Position numbers and translations under genes: made by a program. 64,000 nt of DNA, from the NCBI GenBank assembly GCA_028718635.1, contig JAQULK010000001.1:396818-460817 (forward strand), given 5' to 3'. The first letter of the stretch is position 1. Each line of letters opens with the position of its first letter. Below, one piece after another: positions 28,443 through 36,501 of this stretch. The stretch comes from Minisyncoccota bacterium (lineage in GTDB: Bacteria > Patescibacteriota > Minisyncoccia > Phycocordibacterales > UBA9973). Under the pieces are notes generated by a model. The model ran no database searches, had not been told where the DNA came from, and saw only the letters and a list, made by a program, of their open reading frames with translations.

Positions 28443-28566
28443 TCCCGTTAGAAGCCGCGGTCGCAGTTTAATATAATAAAATAATGTTGTCAAAATAAAT
28501 ATGAAATTTAATCACATAATTGAGCATAGTATCGGTATACAGACCGCGACCTGCTTCTAAACGGGA
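28443..28566. mobile_element. Start-codon-associated MITE-like element before septum-formation gene
   Basis: tcccgttagaagccgcggtc / gaccgcgacctgcttctaaacggga; TGAG on both flanks. Confidence 0.8.
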
Positions 28567-28940
28567 TGAGAAATTTTCAAGAAAAAAGAGGCTGGAGAAA
28601 TATAGTCCAATCAAAACCATTTTTGATACTTTTTTGCATTGTAATTTTATTTTTTTCATGGAATGTTTTTGTTTTCTGGAATAAAATGCAAGAGACCGTA
28701 AAAAATAAAAGAATAGTCGAAGACAAAATTGCTTTGCTGGAAAAACAAAAACAAGATATTTCTTCTGAAATAAGTAGTTTAAATACGCCGGAAGGCAAGG
28801 AAAAGTTCTTTAGGGAAAATTTGGGCTTAGCAAAAGAAGGGGAAGACGTGACGGTGGTGATAGAAGACAAAAACCCGCCTGCAGCTTCCAAACCGGCGTC
28901 TTCGGGTTTTTGGTCCTTTTTTACCAATTTGTTTAGATAA
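28566..28940 (+). CDS. Septum formation initiator (FtsB/DivIC-like)
   Basis: TM + coiled coil + E...RE.LGLAKEGE. Confidence 0.75.
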   Translation: MRNFQEKRGWRNIVQSKPFLILFCIVILFFSWNVFVFWNKMQETVKNKRIVEDKIALLEKQKQDISSEISSLNTPEGKEKFFRENLGLAKEGEDVTVVIEDKNPPAASKPASSGFWSFFTNLFR

Positions 28941-28962
28941 TATCTATGATATAATATAGATT

Positions 28963-29970
28963 ATGAAAATAGCATTTTTTGAGGTGCCTAAAGAAGAACA
29001 ATCCTTTTTCTCCCAAGCTTTTAGCGGAGCGGAGGTTTCTTTTTTTGAGGAAAAATTAACTGAGCATAACGCGGAAAAAGCAAAAGACGCGGAGATTCTT
29101 TCCGTTTTTATTAATTCAATTATTAGTAAAAGTGTTATCGAATTATTGCCGAATTTAAAATTTATCACTACTCGCTCCACAGGCTTCGAACACACAGATC
29201 TCGAGTATTGTGCCACCAAAGGTATCTTGGTTTCCAACGTTCCTTCTTACGGTTCTCACACTGTGGCTGAATTCGCTTTCTCTTTGATATTGAATCTCTC
29301 CCGAAAGATAATAAATGCAAACAATCATCTGCGGGATTCAATGGACTTCAATTTTTACTCTTCTTTACAGGGTTTCGATCTAGATGGCAAGACCTTGGGA
29401 GTCATCGGCACGGGGAAAATTGGTAAAAATTCCATAAAGATAGGGAAGGGTTTCGGAATGAATATTGTCGCTTACGATTTGTTCCCAGATTTAGCTTTTG
29501 CCAAGGAAAATAATTTTACGTATAAGAGTTTATTAGAAGTCTTGGGAGAGTCTGACATTGTGACCATTCACACTCCTTACACTAAAGAAAATCATCACTT
29601 AATAAATAAAGAGAATATTTCCAAAATGAAAAAAGGAATATTGGTCATAAACACCGCGAGGGGAGCCTTGGTAGACACAGAGGCCTTAATTTGGGGAATA
29701 AATGAAGGGATTATCGCAGGCGCTGGGCTGGATGTTTTGGAAGGGGAAAGGGATTTGAAGATCAAAAAAGAGATTATCGGTTTTAATACCACTGAAAAAA
29801 TAGACTATAAAATAGTAGTCGAGGATCAAGTCTTGATTGATATGCCACAAGTCATAGTCACTCCACACATTGCTTTTTATTCTAAAGAAGCCGTAAGAGA
29901 AATTACCAAAACAACCATAGAAAACATCGAAGGATTCATTCAAAATCAGCCAAAGAATCTTGTAAAATAA
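28963..29970 (+). CDS. D-2-hydroxyacid dehydrogenase (D-lactate/glycerate dehydrogenase-like)
   Basis: TRSTG, GVIGTGKIG, INTARG, TPHIAF. Confidence 0.9.
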   Translation: MKIAFFEVPKEEQSFFSQAFSGAEVSFFEEKLTEHNAEKAKDAEILSVFINSIISKSVIELLPNLKFITTRSTGFEHTDLEYCATKGILVSNVPSYGSHTVAEFAFSLILNLSRKIINANNHLRDSMDFNFYSSLQGFDLDGKTLGVIGTGKIGKNSIKIGKGFGMNIVAYDLFPDLAFAKENNFTYKSLLEVLGESDIVTIHTPYTKENHHLINKENISKMKKGILVINTARGALVDTEALIWGINEGIIAGAGLDVLEGERDLKIKKEIIGFNTTEKIDYKIVVEDQVLIDMPQVIVTPHIAFYSKEAVREITKTTIENIEGFIQNQPKNLVK

Positions 29971-29974
29971 TATT

Positions 29975-31273
29975 ATGACTAAGCATTGGATAAAAAATTT
30001 TGATCAGTTAGCTACGACTGAAAACAGGAAGAATGCGATGGAAATCATGGAAGCTGGGCTCGACGCTATAAATACACAAGAAGTAATTCGAAATAAAATA
30101 AAACTTGAAAATAATATTTTAACTATAAACGGCGAGAGTTTTGACTTAACGAAATTTAAAAATATAAAAGTTGTCGGTTTTGGCAAGTCCTCTTGCGAGG
30201 GTGCTTTAGTATTAGAAGAAATTCTAGGTTCTAGAATTAAAGAAGGCGCAGTCATCGGGCTTTGCAAAGCGAACACTGTGCATATAGAAACTTTTGAAGG
30301 AACTCATCCCAAACCGAGCGAGGTAAATGTTTTAGCCGGAAAAAGAATATATGAAATAGTAAAAGACTCCACTATTGATGATTTAATCATCGTTTTGGTT
30401 TCTGGCGGAGGTTCGGCTCTTTTGTGCTATCCGGAGACCGAGAGCGCCATGGGAGCAAAACTTTATGATGCATTTTTAGGATCAGGCAAAACAATAATTG
30501 AAATAAATACGATCAGAAAGCATTTATCGCTTCTCAAAGGCGGAGGTTTGGCAAAATTAGCTTATCCTGCGACGATTGTCGGGCTTATTTTTTCGGATAT
30601 TCCCGGGGATGATTTTGAAAATGTCGCTTCCGGTCCGACTTGTAAAGATGAAACGACTGTAAGCGATGCAAAGAAAATCATTAAAGAAAGTAATTTAGGG
30701 GAATTTGATCTGATTGAAACACCTAAAGAAGATAAATATTTTGAGAAAGTTCATAATTTCGTTTTGGTTTCAAATAAGATTGCCGTAGAAGCGATGGCGA
30801 AAAAAGCGGAGGAGCTTAATTTTAAAACAAATATTGTTTCGACTAATTTATACGACGAAGAAGAAAAAGCCACTCAAAAAATATTTTCTGCCAAAGAAGA
30901 AAACACAGTAGTGCTTGTTGCGGGTGAACCAGAGATTGTAATAACAAAAAAAGGAGGAAAGGGCGGGAGAAATTTGCATATGGGATTAGAAGTAATAAAA
31001 AATGAAATGATAAATAAAAAAAATACAAAAGAAAATTACAGTGATTTTGTTTTTATATCGTTTGCAAGTGACGGTATGGACAATAGCGATGTGGCTGGAG
31101 CGGTGGTGGACAAAAACACGCTAGAAAAAGCTGAGAAGCTTAGCTTATCAATTGATGATTATCTGGAAAGATTTGACTCTTATAATTTTTTCCAAAAGAC
31201 TGGCGATATGATTATTACCGGTCCGACTGGGGCAAATGTTTCGGATCTGATGATTTTATTGAAAAAAAAATAA
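29975..31273 (+). CDS. Glycerate 2-kinase (DUF4147/MOFRL)
   Basis: GFGK, LVSGGGSAL, KGGG, GKGGRN, TGPTGANVSD. Confidence 0.88.
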   Translation: MTKHWIKNFDQLATTENRKNAMEIMEAGLDAINTQEVIRNKIKLENNILTINGESFDLTKFKNIKVVGFGKSSCEGALVLEEILGSRIKEGAVIGLCKANTVHIETFEGTHPKPSEVNVLAGKRIYEIVKDSTIDDLIIVLVSGGGSALLCYPETESAMGAKLYDAFLGSGKTIIEINTIRKHLSLLKGGGLAKLAYPATIVGLIFSDIPGDDFENVASGPTCKDETTVSDAKKIIKESNLGEFDLIETPKEDKYFEKVHNFVLVSNKIAVEAMAKKAEELNFKTNIVSTNLYDEEEKATQKIFSAKEENTVVLVAGEPEIVITKKGGKGGRNLHMGLEVIKNEMINKKNTKENYSDFVFISFASDGMDNSDVAGAVVDKNTLEKAEKLSLSIDDYLERFDSYNFFQKTGDMIITGPTGANVSDLMILLKKK

Positions 31274-31275
31274 AA

Positions 31276-31773
31276 ATGAAAGAAAAAGAAAACAACGTTG
31301 CGTATATAGATGGGGCAAACTTACACAAAGGAGTGGAAAACCTAGATTGGGATTTTGACTACGGACGTTTTAGAATTTGGTTGAAAGAAAAATATGGTGT
31401 TCAACAGGCGTATTTATTTTTGGGATTAATTCCAAAGTATAAAGATCTTTATACAAGACTGCAGGAACAAGGTTACACTTTAGTTTTTAAAGAAGTAATT
31501 TTTGACGGTGATGGAAAAGCAAAAGGTAATTGCGACGCAGATATTGTTGTCCATGCTATGAAAAGTGCATATGAAAACAGATTTGAAAAGGCAATTTTAG
31601 TGACTAGCGATGGTGATTATGCTCCTTTAGTAAAATTTTTAAAAGAAAAAAATAAAATCGGATTTATTTTATCGCCATATGAAACAAAAAAATGTTCTAT
31701 TTTATTAAAAAGAACCGGAGTGAAAATATCTTATCTTACTGATCAGAAGAATATTCTTAAAAAAGATATATAA
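31276..31773 (+). CDS. NYN/LabA-domain (PIN-like) protein
   Basis: YIDGANL, KGNCDAD, LVTSDGDY. Confidence 0.88.
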   Translation: MKEKENNVAYIDGANLHKGVENLDWDFDYGRFRIWLKEKYGVQQAYLFLGLIPKYKDLYTRLQEQGYTLVFKEVIFDGDGKAKGNCDADIVVHAMKSAYENRFEKAILVTSDGDYAPLVKFLKEKNKIGFILSPYETKKCSILLKRTGVKISYLTDQKNILKKDI

Positions 31774-31906
31774 AAAGAAAAAGCCCCCGGTGTGGACGAA
31801 CCACACAAGGGTCTTTTTCGTAAGGATGCTTACATTATAACAAGATCTTAAACAAAAAGTCAATAATTATCCACAAGCAGTAAATATGTTAAAATATAAA
31901 GGTGTT

Positions 31907-33127
31907 ATGGAAACTAAAATTACAAAAATCACAGCAGAAGAAATAAAAGATTCGAGAGGGAATCCAACTCTAAAGGTTAAGGTGTTTGTCGGCAATGTTG
32001 AAGATGATTTTTCTGACCCGTCCGGAGCTTCAACAGGCATTCATGAAGCTCATGAATTGCGTGACCTGGATGGTAGGGGTGTACAGAATGCTATAAAAGA
32101 GGTAGACAGTGTAATTGCTCCAGCATTAATTGGATTGAACGTCTTAAATCAGAATGAAATAGATAAAAGGATGCTTGAATTGGACGGTACTACCAACAAA
32201 GACAGGCTGGGTGGAAATTCTATGATTGGGGTTTCCATTGCTTGCGCCAAAGTGGCAGCGAAAGTCTCTGGAGTAGAAGTTTATGAACACTTACGCACTC
32301 TAGCGGAAATCAAACCTTCTCGTAAAATACCATTTTTATATATGAATTTAATTAATGGTGGGAAACACGCGAAAGATGGGCTTGCTTTTCAGGAATATCA
32401 TATTGTCCCTGATACAGAAAATATCAAGGAAGCCATAGAAATTGGAATAAGTGTAGATAACACATTAAAGGAAATAATCTTGAAGGATTTGGGAGAAGAA
32501 TCTGTGATCATGGGGGATGAGGGAGGTTTTGCTCCGCAAATTTCAGACATCAGAAAACCACTTTTTTATTTGAGAGAAGCGATAAAACAAAATGATTTAG
32601 AGGGAAAAGTGAGACTGGCTTTAGACGTTGCTTCTTCTTCTTTTTATAAAAATTATTTTTATAAAATTGATGGCAGAGATGTATCAAAAGAAGAATTGCT
32701 GGGGATCTATATTTCTCTTATAAAAGAATTTAATTTACTTTCCATTGAAGATCCTTTTAATGAAGAAGATTTTGAAAGTTTTGCAAAATTAAAAGAACAA
32801 AATGATGGTCTTTATGTAGTGGGAGATGATTTAACGGTGACAAATGTTTTACTTCTTAAAAAAGCGATTGAAAATAAAAGCATCAATGCAATGATTATAA
32901 AACCAAATCAAATAGGTACGCTTTCTGAAACGCTAGAAACCATGAAATTAGCTCGAGAAAATGACATAGAGCTTATTGTAAGCCATCGAAGTGGAGAAAC
33001 AGAGGATAGTTTTATCGCGGATCTGGCTTATGCATTTGGTTGTTTCGGATTGAAAGCCGGTGCCCCCACAAAACCAGAAAGAATGGTAAAATACAATAGA
33101 TTGATTAAAATTTCAACAAATTTGTAA
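31907..33127 (+). CDS. eno: Enolase
   Basis: DSRGNPT, PSGASTG, GDEGG, VSHRSGET. Confidence 0.95.
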   Translation: METKITKITAEEIKDSRGNPTLKVKVFVGNVEDDFSDPSGASTGIHEAHELRDLDGRGVQNAIKEVDSVIAPALIGLNVLNQNEIDKRMLELDGTTNKDRLGGNSMIGVSIACAKVAAKVSGVEVYEHLRTLAEIKPSRKIPFLYMNLINGGKHAKDGLAFQEYHIVPDTENIKEAIEIGISVDNTLKEIILKDLGEESVIMGDEGGFAPQISDIRKPLFYLREAIKQNDLEGKVRLALDVASSSFYKNYFYKIDGRDVSKEELLGIYISLIKEFNLLSIEDPFNEEDFESFAKLKEQNDGLYVVGDDLTVTNVLLLKKAIENKSINAMIIKPNQIGTLSETLETMKLARENDIELIVSHRSGETEDSFIADLAYAFGCFGLKAGAPTKPERMVKYNRLIKISTNL

Positions 33128-33147
33128 ATTATGATATTATATATTCT

Positions 33148-33435
33148 ATGAGTATTAAAGATTTACAAAATAAATTATCCCCAATATTTAAGCAATATGG
33201 TGTCAAACATGCTGCAATTTTTGGATCCGTGTCCAGGGGAGAAGATACCCCAGAAAGTGATGTTGACGTGCTTGTAAAATTAGGTAAGCCAATGGGTTTA
33301 GTGGGCTTTTCGGGATTAGTGATAAAGATGGAAGAAATACTAGGACGAAAAGTTGATCTATTAGCTGAAGGTGGTGTAAATAAATTTTTAGAACCTTACA
33401 TTTTACCAGATCTAAAAACCATCTATGAAGAATAA
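33148..33435 (+). CDS. MNT-family nucleotidyltransferase antitoxin
   Basis: FGSVSRGEDTPESDVD (GSx10DxD). Confidence 0.9.
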   Translation: MSIKDLQNKLSPIFKQYGVKHAAIFGSVSRGEDTPESDVDVLVKLGKPMGLVGFSGLVIKMEEILGRKVDLLAEGGVNKFLEPYILPDLKTIYEE

Positions 33436-33745
33436 TAAAGTTTACATAGATCAAATTCTTGATTCGATTAAAAAAATTGAGTTATTTGTAAATGGAATTG
33501 ATAAAGAAAATTTTCTAACAAATTCTTTAGTTCAAAGTGGAGTGATTATGCAACTCACATTAATTGGAGAAATTTCAAAAAAAATTTCTAATGATTTAAA
33601 ATTAAAAATAAATTTGCCATGGAAAGAAATAGCTGGATTTAGAGATAAAGCTATTCATAATTATTTTGATATTAATTTAGATGTGGTTTGGAATACAATT
33701 ATTATTGATTTACCACCGTTAAAAGAAGAATTGATTAAGCAATAA
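33425..33745 (+). CDS. HEPN/DUF86 RNase toxin
   Basis: W..IAGFRDKAIHNYF (Rx4H); overlaps MNT gene. Confidence 0.9.
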   Translation: MKNNKVYIDQILDSIKKIELFVNGIDKENFLTNSLVQSGVIMQLTLIGEISKKISNDLKLKINLPWKEIAGFRDKAIHNYFDINLDVVWNTIIIDLPPLKEELIKQ

Positions 33746-33784
33746 ATTAAAAATTTTATATGACGACAATTTTAACCACGAATC

Positions 33785-33802
33785 GAGAGAGAGAGAGAGA
33801 GA
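33785..33802 (+). repeat. (GA)9 simple sequence repeat
   Basis: nine GA units between ATG 33760 and the large ORF. Confidence 0.9.
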
Positions 33803-36427
33803 GTGAATGACGCTCGCCAATTTTGTCATCCTGAACTTGTTTCAGGATCTAATGCGTTTGCCAAAATAATAAAACTTTTCCGTTTCATTTTTTTCTTCTC
33901 GATATTTCTGGGAAGCTTTTTTGTTTTGGCAAACGAAGCAAGCGCGGCGACGTATTATGTGGATGCGACTCTTGGAAAGGATACATATAATGGTATAACC
34001 ACAACTATAAATGATGGAGCAAGTGAAGGTCCATGGAAAACACTAACTAAAGTAAATGCCGCGCTGAATGCCGCTTCTATTCATGCTGGTGATAGTGTTT
34101 TATTTAAAGCAGGGGAGACTTTCTTTGGCTATTTGTATGTTAAGGTAACGGGAACGGTAGGAAATATATTAACATTTGATTCCTATGGAAGTGGAAATAA
34201 ACCTATAATCGACGCTACTGGAAATAATAGCGGTATCGATCTTCGTGGAATAAATTATGTTACGTTTAATAATTTGGATGTTAGAAATGCAACATTCCAA
34301 GGATACTTTTTTCTCAATGGAAATGACCACATAACAATAAATAATGGAAGTATATCTTCTTCTGCAAAGGCTATCCATCTCTATAACAATACAATTTCAA
34401 ATCTAACAATTTCAAATCTAAATGCCAGTAATAATACATATGGTATTTATGGATTTGCCGGGGTTACTGTTAACACATTGTCCATATCCAATAGCCATTT
34501 CGACGACAACACATCAGAAGGTTTTTTCACCGATGGCACTGCGAACGGGAGTAATTTTACGATAACAGATACCACCATGTCCCGTAATGGGATCGGATCT
34601 GATAAAAATGGATTTTTACTACAAGGGACCGGCAGTACAGTTATCCTTACCAGGGTAACATCAGCCAACAACGGAGGGGATGGATTTGGTGTCCATAACA
34701 CTTGGATTGGTGTTATTTTTGATTATTGTACGGCGGATACTAACGGAACAGACGGGATAGGATCAGATGGAGACGGATTCAGTTTCCATGAGACTTCTTC
34801 TGGAATAATCAGGTATTCAATCAGCAAAAATAATTTAAAAACTGCGATTGCTCACGTTAATAGCTCCGCTGTTGAAATGTATTATGATCTTTTTTATCAT
34901 GCAACCAATGGCACCTTGCCGCTTGTTTTATTACAAAATACTGGAAATCATAAATTATATAATAATATTATTTACAGTGGAAGTCAGACTGGTGATGCAG
35001 TAAGCGTTGAAGGGACCGTTGATATGCAAAACAATATAATAGATGGTTTCAATCGTGGCCTTATAAAAACTGGAGGAACAATATCCAATGACCATGATAT
35101 TATTTATGGAGTATTAACTTCTAATTATGTTGGTATTTCTGCCGGTGCTTATTCAATTATACAGGATCCAAAATTTTTTAATTCCAGTATTTATAACTTT
35201 TCCCTTCTCCCCACTTCCCCCGCCATCGACTCTGGCACCGATGTCTCATTAACCACCGACTACGCCGGCAATTCCATCTACGGTACGCCCGACATCGGCG
35301 CTTATGAATACCAGCCGCCATATACCATGGGCACGGATGCAGTAAACACTTCCACCAGTGTCAGAATGTACGGAGACGAAAAGTTCAGAAACAAAACCGC
35401 CACCACCACGGAAACCACGGCTGATCTCTCAATTACCATTCCCGACTCGGATAAAACCAAGTGGCTGGACATAGCAGTTTCCACCTGGGACAACTCCGGA
35501 ACTTATCACAAAACCTGGACGGAAAACACTACCAGCACCATTACCAACACCCTCCATACCATCGGAGACCTGGAACCCAACAAATACTACAATGTGTCCG
35601 TGGATTCCGTTCTGGGAAACAACATTACCGGCGATAACTGTTCAAACGGCCTCTGTCTTTCCAACGCGGAAGGTAAAATATCTTTTACCTATACTGGTTC
35701 ATATTCCGAACACACCTTTGACGTGGAAGAAGGAGATAATACCGCCCCCATCCGTTCCGCCGGTTTGCCTTCCGGCAGTCAACCTGCTGGCACAACGCAA
35801 GTAACAATGTCTTTGACCACCGACGAAAACGCCACCTGCAAATACTCCACCTCTGCCGACACCGCTTACGCTTCCATGACCGATACCTTTACCACAACTG
35901 GCACCCAATCCCATTCCACCACCATTTCCGGTCTCTCCAACGGCAATACATACAATTACTATGTCCGCTGCACTGACGGCTCAAATGCTAACAGCAACGA
36001 TTACCCTATTTCTTTTTCCATTACTAACCCTACCGCGCATTCTTCAGGCAACAGTGCTCAGAGTCGAATCAACAATCTGCTCTCCATGGGCAACTACACC
36101 CAAGCGCAACAATTGGCTAATCAATACAATATTTCAATTCCAGTAATTACCACCCCGCCTACAGCACCCCTCCTGAATCAAGGAGGGGAAAGAAGTGTTA
36201 ATGCTTACAACTTTGGTCTCTCTGTTCTCAAAAAAGGAAGCAAGGGTGAGGCTGTGAAAGAATTGCAGAAGTTCTTAAACCAAGATCTGAAACTAAACTT
36301 GAAAATAGACGGCATCTTGGGATCAAAAACAACTATGGCTATCAAACAATACCAAAAAGCGCATAATCTAAAAGTGGATGGGGTAGTGGGGGAGAAGACG
36401 AGGGGGAGGATGAATGGGGAGAAATAG
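33803..36427 (+). CDS. Large secreted beta-helix protein with Ig/FN3-like and C-terminal peptidoglycan-binding domains
   Basis: signal/TM, AATYYVD..G.D, GPWKT, Asn/Gly-rich repeats, SPAIDSG..PDIGAYEY, GSKGEAVKELQKFL..DG.VG. Confidence 0.8.
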   Translation: MNDARQFCHPELVSGSNAFAKIIKLFRFIFFFSIFLGSFFVLANEASAATYYVDATLGKDTYNGITTTINDGASEGPWKTLTKVNAALNAASIHAGDSVLFKAGETFFGYLYVKVTGTVGNILTFDSYGSGNKPIIDATGNNSGIDLRGINYVTFNNLDVRNATFQGYFFLNGNDHITINNGSISSSAKAIHLYNNTISNLTISNLNASNNTYGIYGFAGVTVNTLSISNSHFDDNTSEGFFTDGTANGSNFTITDTTMSRNGIGSDKNGFLLQGTGSTVILTRVTSANNGGDGFGVHNTWIGVIFDYCTADTNGTDGIGSDGDGFSFHETSSGIIRYSISKNNLKTAIAHVNSSAVEMYYDLFYHATNGTLPLVLLQNTGNHKLYNNIIYSGSQTGDAVSVEGTVDMQNNIIDGFNRGLIKTGGTISNDHDIIYGVLTSNYVGISAGAYSIIQDPKFFNSSIYNFSLLPTSPAIDSGTDVSLTTDYAGNSIYGTPDIGAYEYQPPYTMGTDAVNTSTSVRMYGDEKFRNKTATTTETTADLSITIPDSDKTKWLDIAVSTWDNSGTYHKTWTENTTSTITNTLHTIGDLEPNKYYNVSVDSVLGNNITGDNCSNGLCLSNAEGKISFTYTGSYSEHTFDVEEGDNTAPIRSAGLPSGSQPAGTTQVTMSLTTDENATCKYSTSADTAYASMTDTFTTTGTQSHSTTISGLSNGNTYNYYVRCTDGSNANSNDYPISFSITNPTAHSSGNSAQSRINNLLSMGNYTQAQQLANQYNISIPVITTPPTAPLLNQGGERSVNAYNFGLSVLKKGSKGEAVKELQKFLNQDLKLNLKIDGILGSKTTMAIKQYQKAHNLKVDGVVGEKTRGRMNGEK
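33824..33850. repeat. REP-like palindrome in frame at N-terminus
   Basis: tgtcatcctgaacttgtttcaggatct, read as CHPELVSGS. Confidence 0.65.
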
Positions 36428-36501
36428 TACTAATTAATTTTATGTTATAATACACTCATATTTAGTGAGGTATATTTATTATTAATTAAAAAAATATTTT
36501 T

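Noticed and set aside
32000-32040. Enolase DPSGASTG instead of VPSGASTG as inactivation
   Set aside because: Single non-catalytic substitution; other motifs intact; could be a one-base error.
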